Shown here: one piece after another, positions 35,181 to 44,505 of the stretch
Numbering within the stretch: the stretch's first letter is position 1
Layout: each line of letters opens with the position of its first letter
IMG/VR virus record: IMGVR_UViG_3300042503_001940
Location: 1-60,860 of that record
From: a virus
Taxonomy: Duplodnaviria > Caudoviricetes
Length of the DNA: 60,860 nucleotides
Strand: one strand, 5' to 3'
Notes under the pieces: model-generated
The model's input: only the letters and a program-made list of their open reading frames with translations
The model's database searches: none
Told to the model about the DNA's origin: nothing
Program-made: the position numbers and the translations under genes

Positions 35181-36104
35181 TTACCCTCGCTCGTATGCTT
35201 TCTGCTCTTCCGCAAGTGCGGTCACCGCAGTCGCCCAGACCCTAGGAGTAACGTCATCAGGACGGTACCCGCCAGCCCCACCGTACAGGATTGGCATGTC
35301 GTGAAGTCCATCACGCATAGTCCGCATGGCGTTGTCGTAGCCCTTATAACTATAGTCGATTGAGGCAAGGGGGTCGAGCTTGTGCCCGTCCGCGCCGCCA
35401 GCAATGAACACATAGTCTGGACCAAAGTCGTCCACTACCGCAAGGAACTCGTTTACTGCAATCAGGAACTGCTTATCGCCATCCCCTGAGCGCAGCGGCA
35501 AGTTATAGACGTGGTCTTCTGGGTGAGACTCGTTGCCCGTGCCTGGGAAGATGCCCTTCTGGTGGACGCTATACGTCAGCACGTTAGGGTTCTTGCGCAG
35601 CAGGTTTTCCGTGCCGTCGCCGTGATGGACGTCAAAGTCAAACACTGCAACGCGCTTGCGGTCCCCGTAGGCGCCCTCTGTAAGCATGGTGGCAGCCATG
35701 GCTAGGTCTGCAAACACGCAGAAGCCACTGGAGTAGTCATGCTGGGCGTGGTGCTTGGCACCAGCAAAGTTGACGGCAAGCTTGGTGCGGCCTGCAACCA
35801 GCTCATCAAGGGCAACAATGGTGCCGCCAGCCATAAGCTGGGCAAGGGAGCCTAGGTCTAGTCGCTCGCCGCTCCACTCGCCAGAGAAGCCGCTCAGGAC
35901 TTCGCCAATGTACTGCTTGTCGTGTACAATAGCAAGCTCATCAGGCGTGGCTGGGCGCGGAAGCACCTCGGCAATAGCCAGGTTCTGGAGTTCGGCCATC
36001 TCATAGAGACGGTCCTTGGCGTTCATAAATCGACGCCCCTGGGTAACCGTGAGCACCCAGTTTGCATACTCGTCGCTGTGGACGAGGGTAATATCACTCT
36101 TCAT
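35181..36104 (-). CDS. Zn-dependent histone-deacetylase-family enzyme (AcuC-like)
   Basis: HHA, SGFC, DFDVHHGDGT, SVHQ, FPGTG, NLPL, GAD...DPL and GGY motifs all present; AGGAGG RBS. Confidence 0.95.
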   Translation of the reverse strand: MKSDITLVHSDEYANWVLTVTQGRRFMNAKDRLYEMAELQNLAIAEVLPRPATPDELAIVHDKQYIGEVLSGFSGEWSGERLDLGSLAQLMAGGTIVALDELVAGRTKLAVNFAGAKHHAQHDYSSGFCVFADLAMAATMLTEGAYGDRKRVAVFDFDVHHGDGTENLLRKNPNVLTYSVHQKGIFPGTGNESHPEDHVYNLPLRSGDGDKQFLIAVNEFLAVVDDFGPDYVFIAGGADGHKLDPLASIDYSYKGYDNAMRTMRDGLHDMPILYGGAGGYRPDDVTPRVWATAVTALAEEQKAYERG

Positions 36105-36149
36105 TGCTTCCTCCTACGTGTATTGACATGCCTCATTTGGCGTAGTCAC

Positions 36150-36178
36150 ATCTTAACACGTAGGAGGCGCCTTGTCAA
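36150..36178 (-). promoter_or_regulatory. Sigma70-type promoter of the deacetylase gene
   Basis: TTGACA-17 nt-TAAGAT on the minus strand. Confidence 0.8.
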
Positions 36179-36378
36179 TCCCCGTCTTCGTCAAACGAAA
36201 CGCGGAGCGGCATTGTTACAGCCCAAGCGAAGGTGAGCACAGCAAGGGTTGCCCCAACGAAGTCTCGCGTATCGCCATCTGGCAGAACAATCCAACCAAC
36301 CATAAGACCGAAAATGGTCCACGACTGGCTGACTATATCATTAGTCGCCTGAGCCAAAAGGCTCTTCCACTTGCTCAT
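36175..36378 (-). CDS. Small two-TM membrane protein
   Basis: Two hydrophobic helices; GGAGG RBS; ATGA overlap. Confidence 0.65.
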   Translation of the reverse strand: MSKWKSLLAQATNDIVSQSWTIFGLMVGWIVLPDGDTRDFVGATLAVLTFAWAVTMPLRVSFDEDGD

Positions 36379-37907
36379 TTTCCACCTCTCCTCTGCCCGT
36401 TTTGGGCTGTTTTAGCCTGTTGTGGCTTGGGCCCGCTGGATCGTCCTGCCCCTTGGCGGCGACCACCTGCTCGGCCCTTGCCTTTACCGCCACTGTCACC
36501 GCCGCCACTGAACCCGCCACCGCCAGAGCTTGATGCCCCGCGTGCGGCGGCTGCAGATACTGCGGCCTGTGCGATGGTCGTCATGATTACGGCTGGACCG
36601 ACTACGGTTCTAGCCTCTTCTTTTTCTTCTTCGGTGATATCATTACCAAGATTGGCAACAGTGTCAATAGCGGCATTTACTGCCTCGCTCACTGCCGCAA
36701 CAGCCTCTCCAACCGCCTCCGTAACCGCTTCTACTGCAGCGCCCGGATCAATTGGTCCAGGTGTGTCAGTAGGTACAGGGCTGGGATCAGGAGAAGGGGA
36801 CGGAGAGTCCGTAGGGGTGGCCGTTGGCTCGGGCGTCGGCTCGGGTGTGGCAGTCGGGTCTGGTGTCGGCTCATTGGTTACCTCCGGAGTTGGCGTCGGT
36901 GTTGGCACCGGCGACGGGCTTACAGACGGCTCTGGCGTGGGCGTAGGGGCCACGCTAGGGCTCGGTGTTGGTGGTTCTGGTGTCGGTGTAGGTGTTGGCG
37001 TAGGGGTAGGCTCTGGGGTCGGCGTAGGAGTAGGCTCGGGCGTTGGGCTTGGGGTTGGTGGTGGCGGGGATGGGACAAACACAGAAACTGTCGCTGAGAT
37101 GGGCGAATACACGCTAAGCGTGTCGTTGTCAGACCTTACCCAGAATGTGTACGTTTGATCGACGCCGCCGGTAATGGCAAAGACGTTGCTGCTAATGCCC
37201 ATATTGGTTTCGCTGGAAGCAACAGCCCAGCCAGCAAAATCCCCAGTGGTCCAGAACACTCCGTATCGCTCAATGTCGGTGCCACTTGCTTCTGGAGCAT
37301 TCCACGTCAGATAAACATTCCCATCGGTGTAGACGGTCACCATAAGGCCGGTCGGCGCGTTCAAATACGGGTCAGGTACTGGGGTAGGGGTTGGCTCCGG
37401 AGTTGGCGTTGGCGTTGGTGTCGGAGTGGGCGGTGGGGTTGGCGTCCACGTAGCTGATGGCGTTCCCGGCGCAAGTTCCGCTGCAAAGTTGCTGATCATG
37501 TAGTAGTGGTTTCCGCCAAAGCGGTCAGCCGTTGGGTCTCCGCAGCACACGCCCGCACGCACTCGGTATTCGCCCGCAGGCACAGAAACACGGATTGTTG
37601 AAGCAAGGGAGTATCCGCCCGTGTGCTCGGTAAACGAGTCGTCGTTAGCGGCAATCAACGTGCCGCTGCTGTCATACAGCCACAACATGGAATCAACTGT
37701 GCCAGGGCACCAGGGGGCAGTAGTGTCGTCGCACAGGTCGGTCCAGAGGTGCAACTCTCCCTGCTCTGGAACGGTAATCCAGAAATCCTGAGTGCGATCA
37801 ACGTAATTATTTTGGCTTCCGGAAACCGGATTTACCACTACGCCGTAAGCGAGTGTTGCCAAAATAATCCAAATGGTAGCGGCAATAGCAAGAAACTTAG
37901 TATTCAT
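36375..37907 (-). CDS. Secreted protein with PPC-like and FN3 domains and long Pro/Thr linkers
   Basis: Signal-like N-terminus from ATG 37907; [15 protein letters not shown]...GEY; APTGL..W..P..Y..YTFWVRS; TPTPEP repeats. Confidence 0.75.
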   Translation of the reverse strand: MNTKFLAIAATIWIILATLAYGVVVNPVSGSQNNYVDRTQDFWITVPEQGELHLWTDLCDDTTAPWCPGTVDSMLWLYDSSGTLIAANDDSFTEHTGGYSLASTIRVSVPAGEYRVRAGVCCGDPTADRFGGNHYYMISNFAAELAPGTPSATWTPTPPPTPTPTPTPTPEPTPTPVPDPYLNAPTGLMVTVYTDGNVYLTWNAPEASGTDIERYGVFWTTGDFAGWAVASSETNMGISSNVFAITGGVDQTYTFWVRSDNDTLSVYSPISATVSVFVPSPPPPTPSPTPEPTPTPTPEPTPTPTPTPTPEPPTPSPSVAPTPTPEPSVSPSPVPTPTPTPEVTNEPTPDPTATPEPTPEPTATPTDSPSPSPDPSPVPTDTPGPIDPGAAVEAVTEAVGEAVAAVSEAVNAAIDTVANLGNDITEEEKEEARTVVGPAVIMTTIAQAAVSAAAARGASSSGGGGFSGGGDSGGKGKGRAGGRRQGAGRSSGPKPQQAKTAQNGQRRGGK

Positions 37908-38089
37908 TGTCCCTGCCCCGACATCCACGTAATGAGTCCGCCGACTCCTGAAAGTCCGAGAATGGCAAGGACAAACTTTGCAAGTCGAAAGGCCCCCCTC
38001 GTTTCGGCCATTTCGTTTTTGAGCGCGTCAATATCTCGCTGAATGCGGTCGAGCCTATCGAGAATGATGTCTGATTGGGATTTTGTCAT
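37904..38089 (-). CDS. Small coiled-coil plus C-terminal TM protein (XhlA/holin-like architecture)
   Basis: AGGAGG RBS before ATG 38089; [16 protein letters not shown] then one TM segment. Confidence 0.6.
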   Translation of the reverse strand: MTKSQSDIILDRLDRIQRDIDALKNEMAETRGAFRLAKFVLAILGLSGVGGLITWMSGQGQ

Positions 38090-38130
38090 GCGTCCTCCTT
38101 CTCCTTGGTGACGCATTGATTATCTCAAAT

Positions 38131-38159
38131 AAAAAACGCAATTGCATCAGCAATTGCGT
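38131..38159 (-). terminator. Rho-independent terminator of the minus-strand fibre module
   Basis: Minus strand ACGCAATTGC-TGAT-GCAATTGCG followed by TTTTTT. Confidence 0.7.
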
Positions 38160-38184
38160 CTACGAAAAAAAGATTATGTTTGTA

Positions 38185-38349
38185 TTATTCTTTAGGCGTT
38201 GACGTAATGTCTTCAATAATGTGTTGGCATTGTCCGCAATGCACGACAAAATCAACGCCAGACTCTTGCTCATACACGTTTGGAATGCCGTTTGCCTCAC
38301 ACTCAGCTGTCCGGCAAATTGCAGTCATGATAAGAATAACGTCGCTCAT
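38185..38349 (-). CDS. 54-aa four-Cys protein (not in ORF track)
   Basis: AGGAGGAG RBS; MSDVILIMTAICRTAECEANG...VHCGQCQHIIEDITSTPKE. Confidence 0.75.
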   Translation of the reverse strand: MSDVILIMTAICRTAECEANGIPNVYEQESGVDFVVHCGQCQHIIEDITSTPKE

Positions 38350-38358
38350 ATCTCCTCC

Positions 38359-38850
38359 TTATGTTAGCGGTACGGCGTTGATCCGAGGATATGCTGTGCT
38401 TACTGTAACGCCAGTGCTGCTTTGCATGCGAACACCAACCGTAACTTCTACGGCGGTTGTGCCGACAGATGTGTAGACATCCATTCCGCTGACATTGGTT
38501 GAGTAGTTAATTCCGCTTTCAATGTTAACTGTTCGCGTGAAGAAGAGTAGACTACCGTCAACATAAATTTGATAAATAATGTATTGGTCGGTGTTTGTAT
38601 TTGTATAAGATGCTGCCGTGTAGGTAATTAGCCACCGCTGACCAATATAGTTAGGCGTGAATGTTACTGCGTAACCAGCAATATCTGAATAGGCAGTACC
38701 AACGCTAGTTGTTTGGGTAACACCACCACCGCCGTTATAGCGCTGGGCAGTCATGCCGCTCTTGATAAATCCAGCAGACGTGATAGTTCCGTCAACCGTT
38801 AGGTCGTCTGTTGCTCCGTCAAGTGTTAGGTCGCTAAGAATTCTTACCAT
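38359..38850 (-). CDS. Fibre-tip/receptor-binding-like beta protein
   Basis: DLTVDGTIT shaft motif then a Tyr/Thr-rich beta-sandwich; in the fibre operon. Confidence 0.55.
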   Translation of the reverse strand: MVRILSDLTLDGATDDLTVDGTITSAGFIKSGMTAQRYNGGGGVTQTTSVGTAYSDIAGYAVTFTPNYIGQRWLITYTAASYTNTNTDQYIIYQIYVDGSLLFFTRTVNIESGINYSTNVSGMDVYTSVGTTAVEVTVGVRMQSSTGVTVSTAYPRINAVPLT

Positions 38851-38859
38851 GGGGGTATA

Positions 38860-40332
38860 TTACCCTAGAACAACAACCCGGTAGGTTCCGGCAAGGCTGA
38901 TCGTGACGGTCAGGGTGTTGGTCGTGGCCGTTACCACGTCACAGAGCACCGCAGCATCGCCAGAATCGTACACGGAAACAACAACTGCCTTAGTCCCAAG
39001 GCTGTGGGTGACCGTCTTGGCCTCTCCGGCCGTCCAGGTGGCGCTGGTGTTGTAGCGAAGCGCTCCGCCGTAGGTTGAGGCAATGGCGGTGCCCTGCCAC
39101 GTACCAGCAGAGATTGTGCCGACGGTTGTAATGCTGTCATCGCCGCTGTATGTTCCGCCAGCTACTGCGGCCAGGGTTGCGTTGTATGCCTGAACGTCCG
39201 TGCCAATCGCAAGGCCAAGGTTTGTGCGCGCCGTTCCAGCATCGCTTGCCCCGGTACCACCATCTGCAATTGCAATGTCAGTGCCGTTCCACACGCCGGT
39301 GGCGATTGTGCCAACCGAGGTCAGGCTTGATCCGGTGACTCCGCTGCCAAGGGTTGTTGCATTGAGGACGCTTGTTCCAGCAATCTCGTAGGCCTTGCCA
39401 GCGACCAGGTTAACGTCCTCTGAGAAGGTCCACGCGTCGGTAGCATCAACCCAGGTAATTGTCTTGTCGGTTGCGCCCTTAAGGGTAATACCGCCGCCAT
39501 CGGCACCGGCATCCGTTGGGCTCACGACAGAGCCAAGCTCAATGTTCTTATCGTCCACCGTGAGGGTAGTTGAGTTGATGGTGGTGGTTGTTCCGTTGAC
39601 CGTAAGGTCACCAGAAAGCACAAGGCTTGTACCAGTTGCTACGCCAATGTTTGGCGTGACAAGGGTTGGGGTGTTGGCAAAAACCAACGCACCAGTGCCC
39701 GTCTCGTCGGAGATGACACCAGCGAGTTCTGCGGATGTCGTTGCGGCAAACGCGCTTAGCTTGTCTGCGGTGAGCGCAAGCGTGCCGGTCGAGGCTGGAA
39801 GGGTAACCGTTCCGCCTGCCGTGGCGGCTGGCTGAAGGGTGGTTGTGCCAGACGACGAGCCCGGGAGCGCAACGCTTGAAATCCCCGTAAGGGCAAGGTT
39901 TGCAGACGAGCGGTTTAGCGCAACGCTGGTAGTACCAACAAAGGTTGTGTCAGATGGGTTTGCCTTGCCACTTGCAAGGTCATAGGCAGACTTGACCGAC
40001 GCAGGCGTTGCCGCCTTGCTCGTTGAGGTGCTAGATGTTGAATCTTCAAGCTGGACTGCGCCCTTGACGGTCGTCGACGCGTCGGCAATGCTGATGGCTG
40101 GGGTGGTGCCACCTGTGGAGGAAATTGCGCCAGTTCCAGTAACGGCGGTAACCGTTCCTGAACCAGTTGAGAGGTTTGCCCATGCGCCGTTGGCGTATAC
40201 GCGAACTACATCAAGAGCGGTGTCGTAGTAAACCTGTCCCTCAACGGGGGTTTCCGGAGCGGTAGCAAGGTTCTGTAGCCGAGCGTTCTGCAGCTCATTC
40301 TTCTGAAGGTCAAGATTGGCTAAAAACTTCAT
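38860..40332 (-). CDS. Tail fibre-like virion protein
   Basis: ASTTVKGAVQL...KAATPASVKSAYD fibre repeat; GDLTVNGTTTT; GGTGAS..ARTNLGL; THSLG. Confidence 0.78.
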   Translation of the reverse strand: MKFLANLDLQKNELQNARLQNLATAPETPVEGQVYYDTALDVVRVYANGAWANLSTGSGTVTAVTGTGAISSTGGTTPAISIADASTTVKGAVQLEDSTSSTSTSKAATPASVKSAYDLASGKANPSDTTFVGTTSVALNRSSANLALTGISSVALPGSSSGTTTLQPAATAGGTVTLPASTGTLALTADKLSAFAATTSAELAGVISDETGTGALVFANTPTLVTPNIGVATGTSLVLSGDLTVNGTTTTINSTTLTVDDKNIELGSVVSPTDAGADGGGITLKGATDKTITWVDATDAWTFSEDVNLVAGKAYEIAGTSVLNATTLGSGVTGSSLTSVGTIATGVWNGTDIAIADGGTGASDAGTARTNLGLAIGTDVQAYNATLAAVAGGTYSGDDSITTVGTISAGTWQGTAIASTYGGALRYNTSATWTAGEAKTVTHSLGTKAVVVSVYDSGDAAVLCDVVTATTNTLTVTISLAGTYRVVVLG

Positions 40333-40341
40333 TTCTCTCTC

Positions 40342-40875
40342 CTAGTTTAAATATGCTTTGCCGCCAAACGCAGCAACAAAGCTGACAGTCAGGCTATTAT
40401 TATCTATGTACGAGATATCGCCAATGACTAGCGTTCCTGCGCTATCAACCACCTCTACCGATGGAAAACACGCCAAGTTGTGCGTAATTGTCCACGTTGC
40501 CGAGGCGGAGTTTTGTGTAAAAACATAGGTTGAGTGGGAGGCGCCGCTACCCTGCGCTCCCTGGGGACCAGTTGCTCCCGTTGCGCCAGTGGCACCAGCT
40601 GGTCCCTGCACACCTTGCGGGCCCTGCGGTCCGGTTGAGCCGGTAGCCCCAGTGGCACCCGTTGACCCCGTCGAACCGGTGGGCCCCGTTGCGCCCGTCG
40701 GGCCCTGCGGACCAGTGGGGCCTTGCAAGCCCTGCACTGTGCCGCCGCTGGCGGTAGTAATGGTTAGCGTTGGGGCATTAACTGATACGGAGACGGGGCT
40801 AGTTGTAGCCGTTACGCTATTGCTTTGCTGCGTAACGTTAATAGTTTTCGCTTGCTCGGAAACCTCAACGGTCAT
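40342..40875 (-). CDS. Collagen-like (Gly-X-Y) virion protein
   Basis: About 20 consecutive G-X-Y triplets and a WTITHNL...PSV C-terminal domain. Confidence 0.85.
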   Translation of the reverse strand: MTVEVSEQAKTINVTQQSNSVTATTSPVSVSVNAPTLTITTASGGTVQGLQGPTGPQGPTGATGPTGSTGSTGATGATGSTGPQGPQGVQGPAGATGATGATGPQGAQGSGASHSTYVFTQNSASATWTITHNLACFPSVEVVDSAGTLVIGDISYIDNNSLTVSFVAAFGGKAYLN

Positions 40876-41228
40876 CTGGTCACTTCTCCGGCCACTGTAA
40901 ACAGGCCAGAGATGAGCTTCACCATGGCGCCGCCAACAGGGTTGACCTCCAGGTCGTAGACATACGTGCCTGGGGCAATAAGGCTAAGGGCCTCGTCTGA
41001 TACGTAAACATCGACGGCACCGTTTGTGGTGCCAAGGACAATGCCCGTTGTGGTTCCATTTGAGCTGGATAGCCTAAGGAATGCCTCTTGGGCACCCTGT
41101 CGCCTGCGAACCTGCATAGACGCAGTGGCACCTGTCAGGTTGACTAGGTTTCCGGACGCGTCTCTATAGACCAGGCTAATGCTTAGATAACTTCCCTGCT
41201 CGGCCGTAATGTCATAAGTAGTCGACAT
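40872..41228 (-). CDS. BppU-like fibre-attachment protein
   Basis: GGAGG RBS before ATG 41228; EQG...[12 protein letters not shown]...YVYDLEV...G.F.V..EVT. Confidence 0.7.
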   Translation of the reverse strand: MSTTYDITAEQGSYLSISLVYRDASGNLVNLTGATASMQVRRRQGAQEAFLRLSSSNGTTTGIVLGTTNGAVDVYVSDEALSLIAPGTYVYDLEVNPVGGAMVKLISGLFTVAGEVTR

Positions 41229-41314
41229 GTGGCACCTCCGGAGAGCATTGTAATGTTCGCTGGCCGAAAGTGCCAATAGGTATTTTCTGCTATTCAATAT
41301 GTTATGATACTTAT

Positions 41315-41833
41315 ATGGCAAGACCCGGACGTGTCCCAGCAGAGCAACTAGCAGCCCTCCGTGAGCGCATCAAAATGCTCATGTTGCAGGGCGTCTCTCT
41401 GTCTGAGATAGCGCAGGTCGTTGGTTTGAGCGAGGAAACCGTCCGTAAGCATAGCTATGTAATCAAGAAGTCCTGGGTTGACCCCACGGAAGACCCAGCA
41501 AGCAACAAGCAGGAGCTTATTGAGCGTGCCAACCTTGTGGCAAAGATGGCTGCCGCCGCTGCCGCGAGGGCAAAGGGCACCAATAACGAGGCGCAATTCT
41601 TGAAAATTCAACTCGAAGTCATCGACCGCATCGCCCGGCTTACGGGGGCCTACGAGCCAGACCGCACAGAAATCACGGGCAAGGATGGCGCCGCCATTCA
41701 ACTTGCAGCCGTGCCGCATGAGATCGACACCCTCGCCCCGGCCCAGCTTGCTGCCCGTATGCAGGCTTGGGCAGACGCCATGAAGGAAGAGCCAATCGAA
41801 GGGAAGGCTGAGGTTGTTGAACAGCACGATTAG
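41315..41833 (+). CDS. terS: Terminase small subunit (N-terminal HTH)
   Basis: GVSLSEIAQVVGLSEETVRKH HTH; TEITGKDG..IQ motif; overlaps terL; probable leaderless start. Confidence 0.8.
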   Translation: MARPGRVPAEQLAALRERIKMLMLQGVSLSEIAQVVGLSEETVRKHSYVIKKSWVDPTEDPASNKQELIERANLVAKMAAAAAARAKGTNNEAQFLKIQLEVIDRIARLTGAYEPDRTEITGKDGAAIQLAAVPHEIDTLAPAQLAARMQAWADAMKEEPIEGKAEVVEQHD

Positions 41834-43241
41834 CAACGCCGAGTACCGAGATTGGCTTAGGAAGAAGGCGGTTTCCTCAGACGCCGCCTTTGCCGAGTAC
41901 ATGAGCGGCCTGGTTTTCCCCAAGCACCTTCGAGACATGGAAAAGTTTATGGACGAGCACGACCGTGCTTTGGTGCTTATGCCCCGCGGCCACGCCAAGA
42001 CAACTGCCCTTATGTTCCGTGCCGCAAGAATCATTGGAATGACGAAGGGAAATATCCGCATCGGCATTCTTACCGCGGTGCTTTCCGACTCGCTCTCTCG
42101 TTCAAGGGCAATCAAAATGCTTATTGAAAGCCCGCTGTTTGCTGAAATATTCCCATGGGCAGCATCTGGCGTGATCGGCAGCAAGTGGACCGACGAAACC
42201 TGGACCATTAAGGGTGTAAACATGGGCAAAGATGCTACGTGTTTTGCCGACGGCCTTGGCTCTATTAAGCCCGGCGCCCGCCTCGACCTTCTCTTCGCGG
42301 ACGACATGGTCGGGATGAAGGAGAACGCCACCGCAGTGCAGCGCCAAAAAGCATCTGACACCTATTGGCAAGTGGTTGACCCAATGCTTGTTCCTGGCTC
42401 AAAGAAGTGGTACGTGGGAACGCGCTGGCACGAAGATGATTTCTACGCAGAACTTATGCGCAAGGGTATTAAGGAGTACCAGCGCAGGGCCCTGGAAGAT
42501 GGTCAGCCGTTGTGGCCAGAGATGTACACCGTAGAGACCCTAAACCAGAAGAAAGAAGAACTCGGAACCCCAATCTTCATGCTGCAATTCCAGAATGACG
42601 TTAACGCCATGGGCGGGAACATCTTCCGGCACGACTGGTTCCAGCGCGTCAACACCCTGCCGGAAGGAACCCGGCGTGTGGGCGTAGACCTTGCCTCGTC
42701 CGTTAGTGAGCGAAGCGACTACACCACAGCAGTTGAGGTCCTAGAAGATGCTGACCACAACCTCTATGTGGTCGGAGCCTGGAAGGATCGTATCAATGAG
42801 GGGCACCAGGAATGGCTTACTGGCGTCAAGCGAGACGGGAGCATGGGGAACGCCAAGGGTCCAAAGCTTTTGTGGCCGCAGCGGATGCTTGGCATGCGTG
42901 GGCTAAACCACGAGGCGGAAGAGCCGCGCTTTGTTGAGTCGGTAAACATTGAGGCCGTCCAGCATCAGAGCACATTCGTGCGAGAGATCCTTGGCGACAC
43001 TACGCTCCCTGCGCGTGCGGTACGCCCCGACAAAGACAAGGTCAGCAGAAGCCGAGCGCTTGCAGCCAGGTACGAGTCGGGAAAGGTTTTTCACCTTACT
43101 GGTGCGCCAGGCATTGACGACCTAGAGCATGAGTTGATGTCGTTCCCGAACGGAGAGCATGACGACCTTGTTGATGCCCTGGTCTACTCTGCAGACCTCA
43201 GCGGAGCGTCGTTCTACTTCACGTCCGGGAATCGATTCTAA
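41814..43241 (+). CDS. terL: Terminase large subunit
   Basis: PRGHAKT Walker A, LLFADD Walker B, GTRWHEDD, GVDLA..SDYT, FPNGEHDDLVDA. Confidence 0.95.
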   Translation: MLNSTISNAEYRDWLRKKAVSSDAAFAEYMSGLVFPKHLRDMEKFMDEHDRALVLMPRGHAKTTALMFRAARIIGMTKGNIRIGILTAVLSDSLSRSRAIKMLIESPLFAEIFPWAASGVIGSKWTDETWTIKGVNMGKDATCFADGLGSIKPGARLDLLFADDMVGMKENATAVQRQKASDTYWQVVDPMLVPGSKKWYVGTRWHEDDFYAELMRKGIKEYQRRALEDGQPLWPEMYTVETLNQKKEELGTPIFMLQFQNDVNAMGGNIFRHDWFQRVNTLPEGTRRVGVDLASSVSERSDYTTAVEVLEDADHNLYVVGAWKDRINEGHQEWLTGVKRDGSMGNAKGPKLLWPQRMLGMRGLNHEAEEPRFVESVNIEAVQHQSTFVREILGDTTLPARAVRPDKDKVSRSRALAARYESGKVFHLTGAPGIDDLEHELMSFPNGEHDDLVDALVYSADLSGASFYFTSGNRF

Positions 43242-44189
43242 CTACCAGGCCCACCACTCTTCGTGCCAAGGAGTCTCTCCTTGCGGCGCAAATAGGTCTG
43301 GGCCGAGATACAGCAGGTCTCGCGTGCCCCAGCGGACGGAGCAGCACATCACATCCACGGTTGCCCCGCTGAGAAGGATGCTTGCAGCCTCATCGGTTGT
43401 CACTGCCGCAGCAGAAGCTACCGCAGCAATCGCACCGCTAACGTATGCGGCGGCGCCTGATGTTCCGCTTGGGTAAAAGGTTCCGCGATTAGGGTCAAAA
43501 GTTGGAATCTTGTCTCCTGGCGACCAAATGCTAAGGCATGGCCCATGATTGCTGCTATACCAACGCATGTCTAGGGCGTTAGAGGCGCCAACAGTAATTG
43601 CGTATTCGGAACGCCCTGGGGAATAGTTGCAAGCGTTTTTTGAATTGTTTCCGGCCGCAACCACCACGGGGAATCCTGCTTCCGCAAGATTGTTTACCCA
43701 GAGATCAACGGTTCTGTTGGCAGGGCCGCTAAGGGACATGTTTACAACAGAGGTTTCAGGGTCTCCGTTTTTGTAAATCCACTTTAAGCCCTTAACAATG
43801 TTGGCAGGCGTGCCGTTTCCATTGCACGCAAGGACGCGAACAGAAACCATACTGACCGACCAGGCAACCCCGTACTGCTCGCTACCAATAAGAGAAGCAA
43901 TAGAGGTGCCGTGGTTAGAGCCACATCCCTCAGTCCCGCCCTTAATAGCTGAATAGCCAGGAAGAATCCTGCCGCCAAAGATTGGCAAATCAGAAACCCC
44001 AGAGTCAACAATGTAGACAGTGATGTCTCTTCCGAGACCAGTTCCGTCCCAGGCGCTGCCGTCTGTCATCCCTTCGTGCTGGTCGATGCGGTCAAGTCCC
44101 CACTGTCCAGAGTACAAAGATTCCGCTGGCGCGCCAAGAGGCGCAATCACTAGGATTGCCGAAAGAAGAAGCTTAAACATTGTAATCAC
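43242..44189 (-). CDS. Secreted S8 subtilisin-like protease (proteinase K/aqualysin type)
   Basis: WGLDRIDQ, VDSG, HGT, AAGN, SGTSG catalytic motifs; signal peptide. Confidence 0.9.
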   Translation of the reverse strand: MITMFKLLLSAILVIAPLGAPAESLYSGQWGLDRIDQHEGMTDGSAWDGTGLGRDITVYIVDSGVSDLPIFGGRILPGYSAIKGGTEGCGSNHGTSIASLIGSEQYGVAWSVSMVSVRVLACNGNGTPANIVKGLKWIYKNGDPETSVVNMSLSGPANRTVDLWVNNLAEAGFPVVVAAGNNSKNACNYSPGRSEYAITVGASNALDMRWYSSNHGPCLSIWSPGDKIPTFDPNRGTFYPSGTSGAAAYVSGAIAAVASAAAVTTDEAASILLSGATVDVMCCSVRWGTRDLLYLGPDLFAPQGETPWHEEWWAW

Positions 44190-44505
44190 CGACCACTTCC
44201 TGGATTAACGCAAAGGTGTTTACTTCTTCATCAACAAAGATTGGCGTGCCCTCTCCAAGCCAGCCGCCTTGAATGTTAAACGAGAAATACTCTTCGGCTT
44301 CTAGGAAGAAGTCGCGTTCCTCTCCATCAAATGGAAAGGACTCATCCCTGCTGCTCTCAAATTCAGCGGCAAGTTTGGCAATGATTTTGTTCTTGCTGTA
44401 CACAACAAACGGTTTATTGAATTGCCAGCCAAGGCCAATGATGCAATCTTCAAAGCCGTCCGCAACCAGGATTGGGTCTTTGTGGTTAACGCTAGAACTA
44501 GACAT
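44173..44505 (-). CDS. Conserved phage hypothetical protein
   Basis: AAGGA RBS; ADGFEDCIIG...VVYS...EAEEYFSFNI.GGW.GE.TPIF pattern. Confidence 0.65.
   Translation of the reverse strand: MSSSSVNHKDPILVADGFEDCIIGLGWQFNKPFVVYSKNKIIAKLAAEFESSRDESFPFDGEERDFFLEAEEYFSFNIQGGWLGEGTPIFVDEEVNTFALIQEVVGDYNV

Noticed and set aside
34736-36104. Eukaryotic origin or contamination suggested by histone-like and HDAC genes
   Set aside because: Both have Shine-Dalgarno sites, bacterial promoters and no introns; the small protein has no histone fold.
36172-37158. 328-aa + strand ORF with GVGVG repeats
   Set aside because: Mirror of the Pro/Thr repeats of the minus-strand secreted protein.
40589-40900. + strand ORF with PVGP/PCGP repeats
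   Set aside because: Antisense shadow of the collagen-like gene.
41348-42361. 337-aa minus-strand ORF
   Set aside because: Lies wholly antisense to terS/terL, which have clear motifs.
41814-43241. Intein or intron in terL
   Set aside because: Length is normal (475 aa) and there are no splice-junction motifs; only a short insertion.
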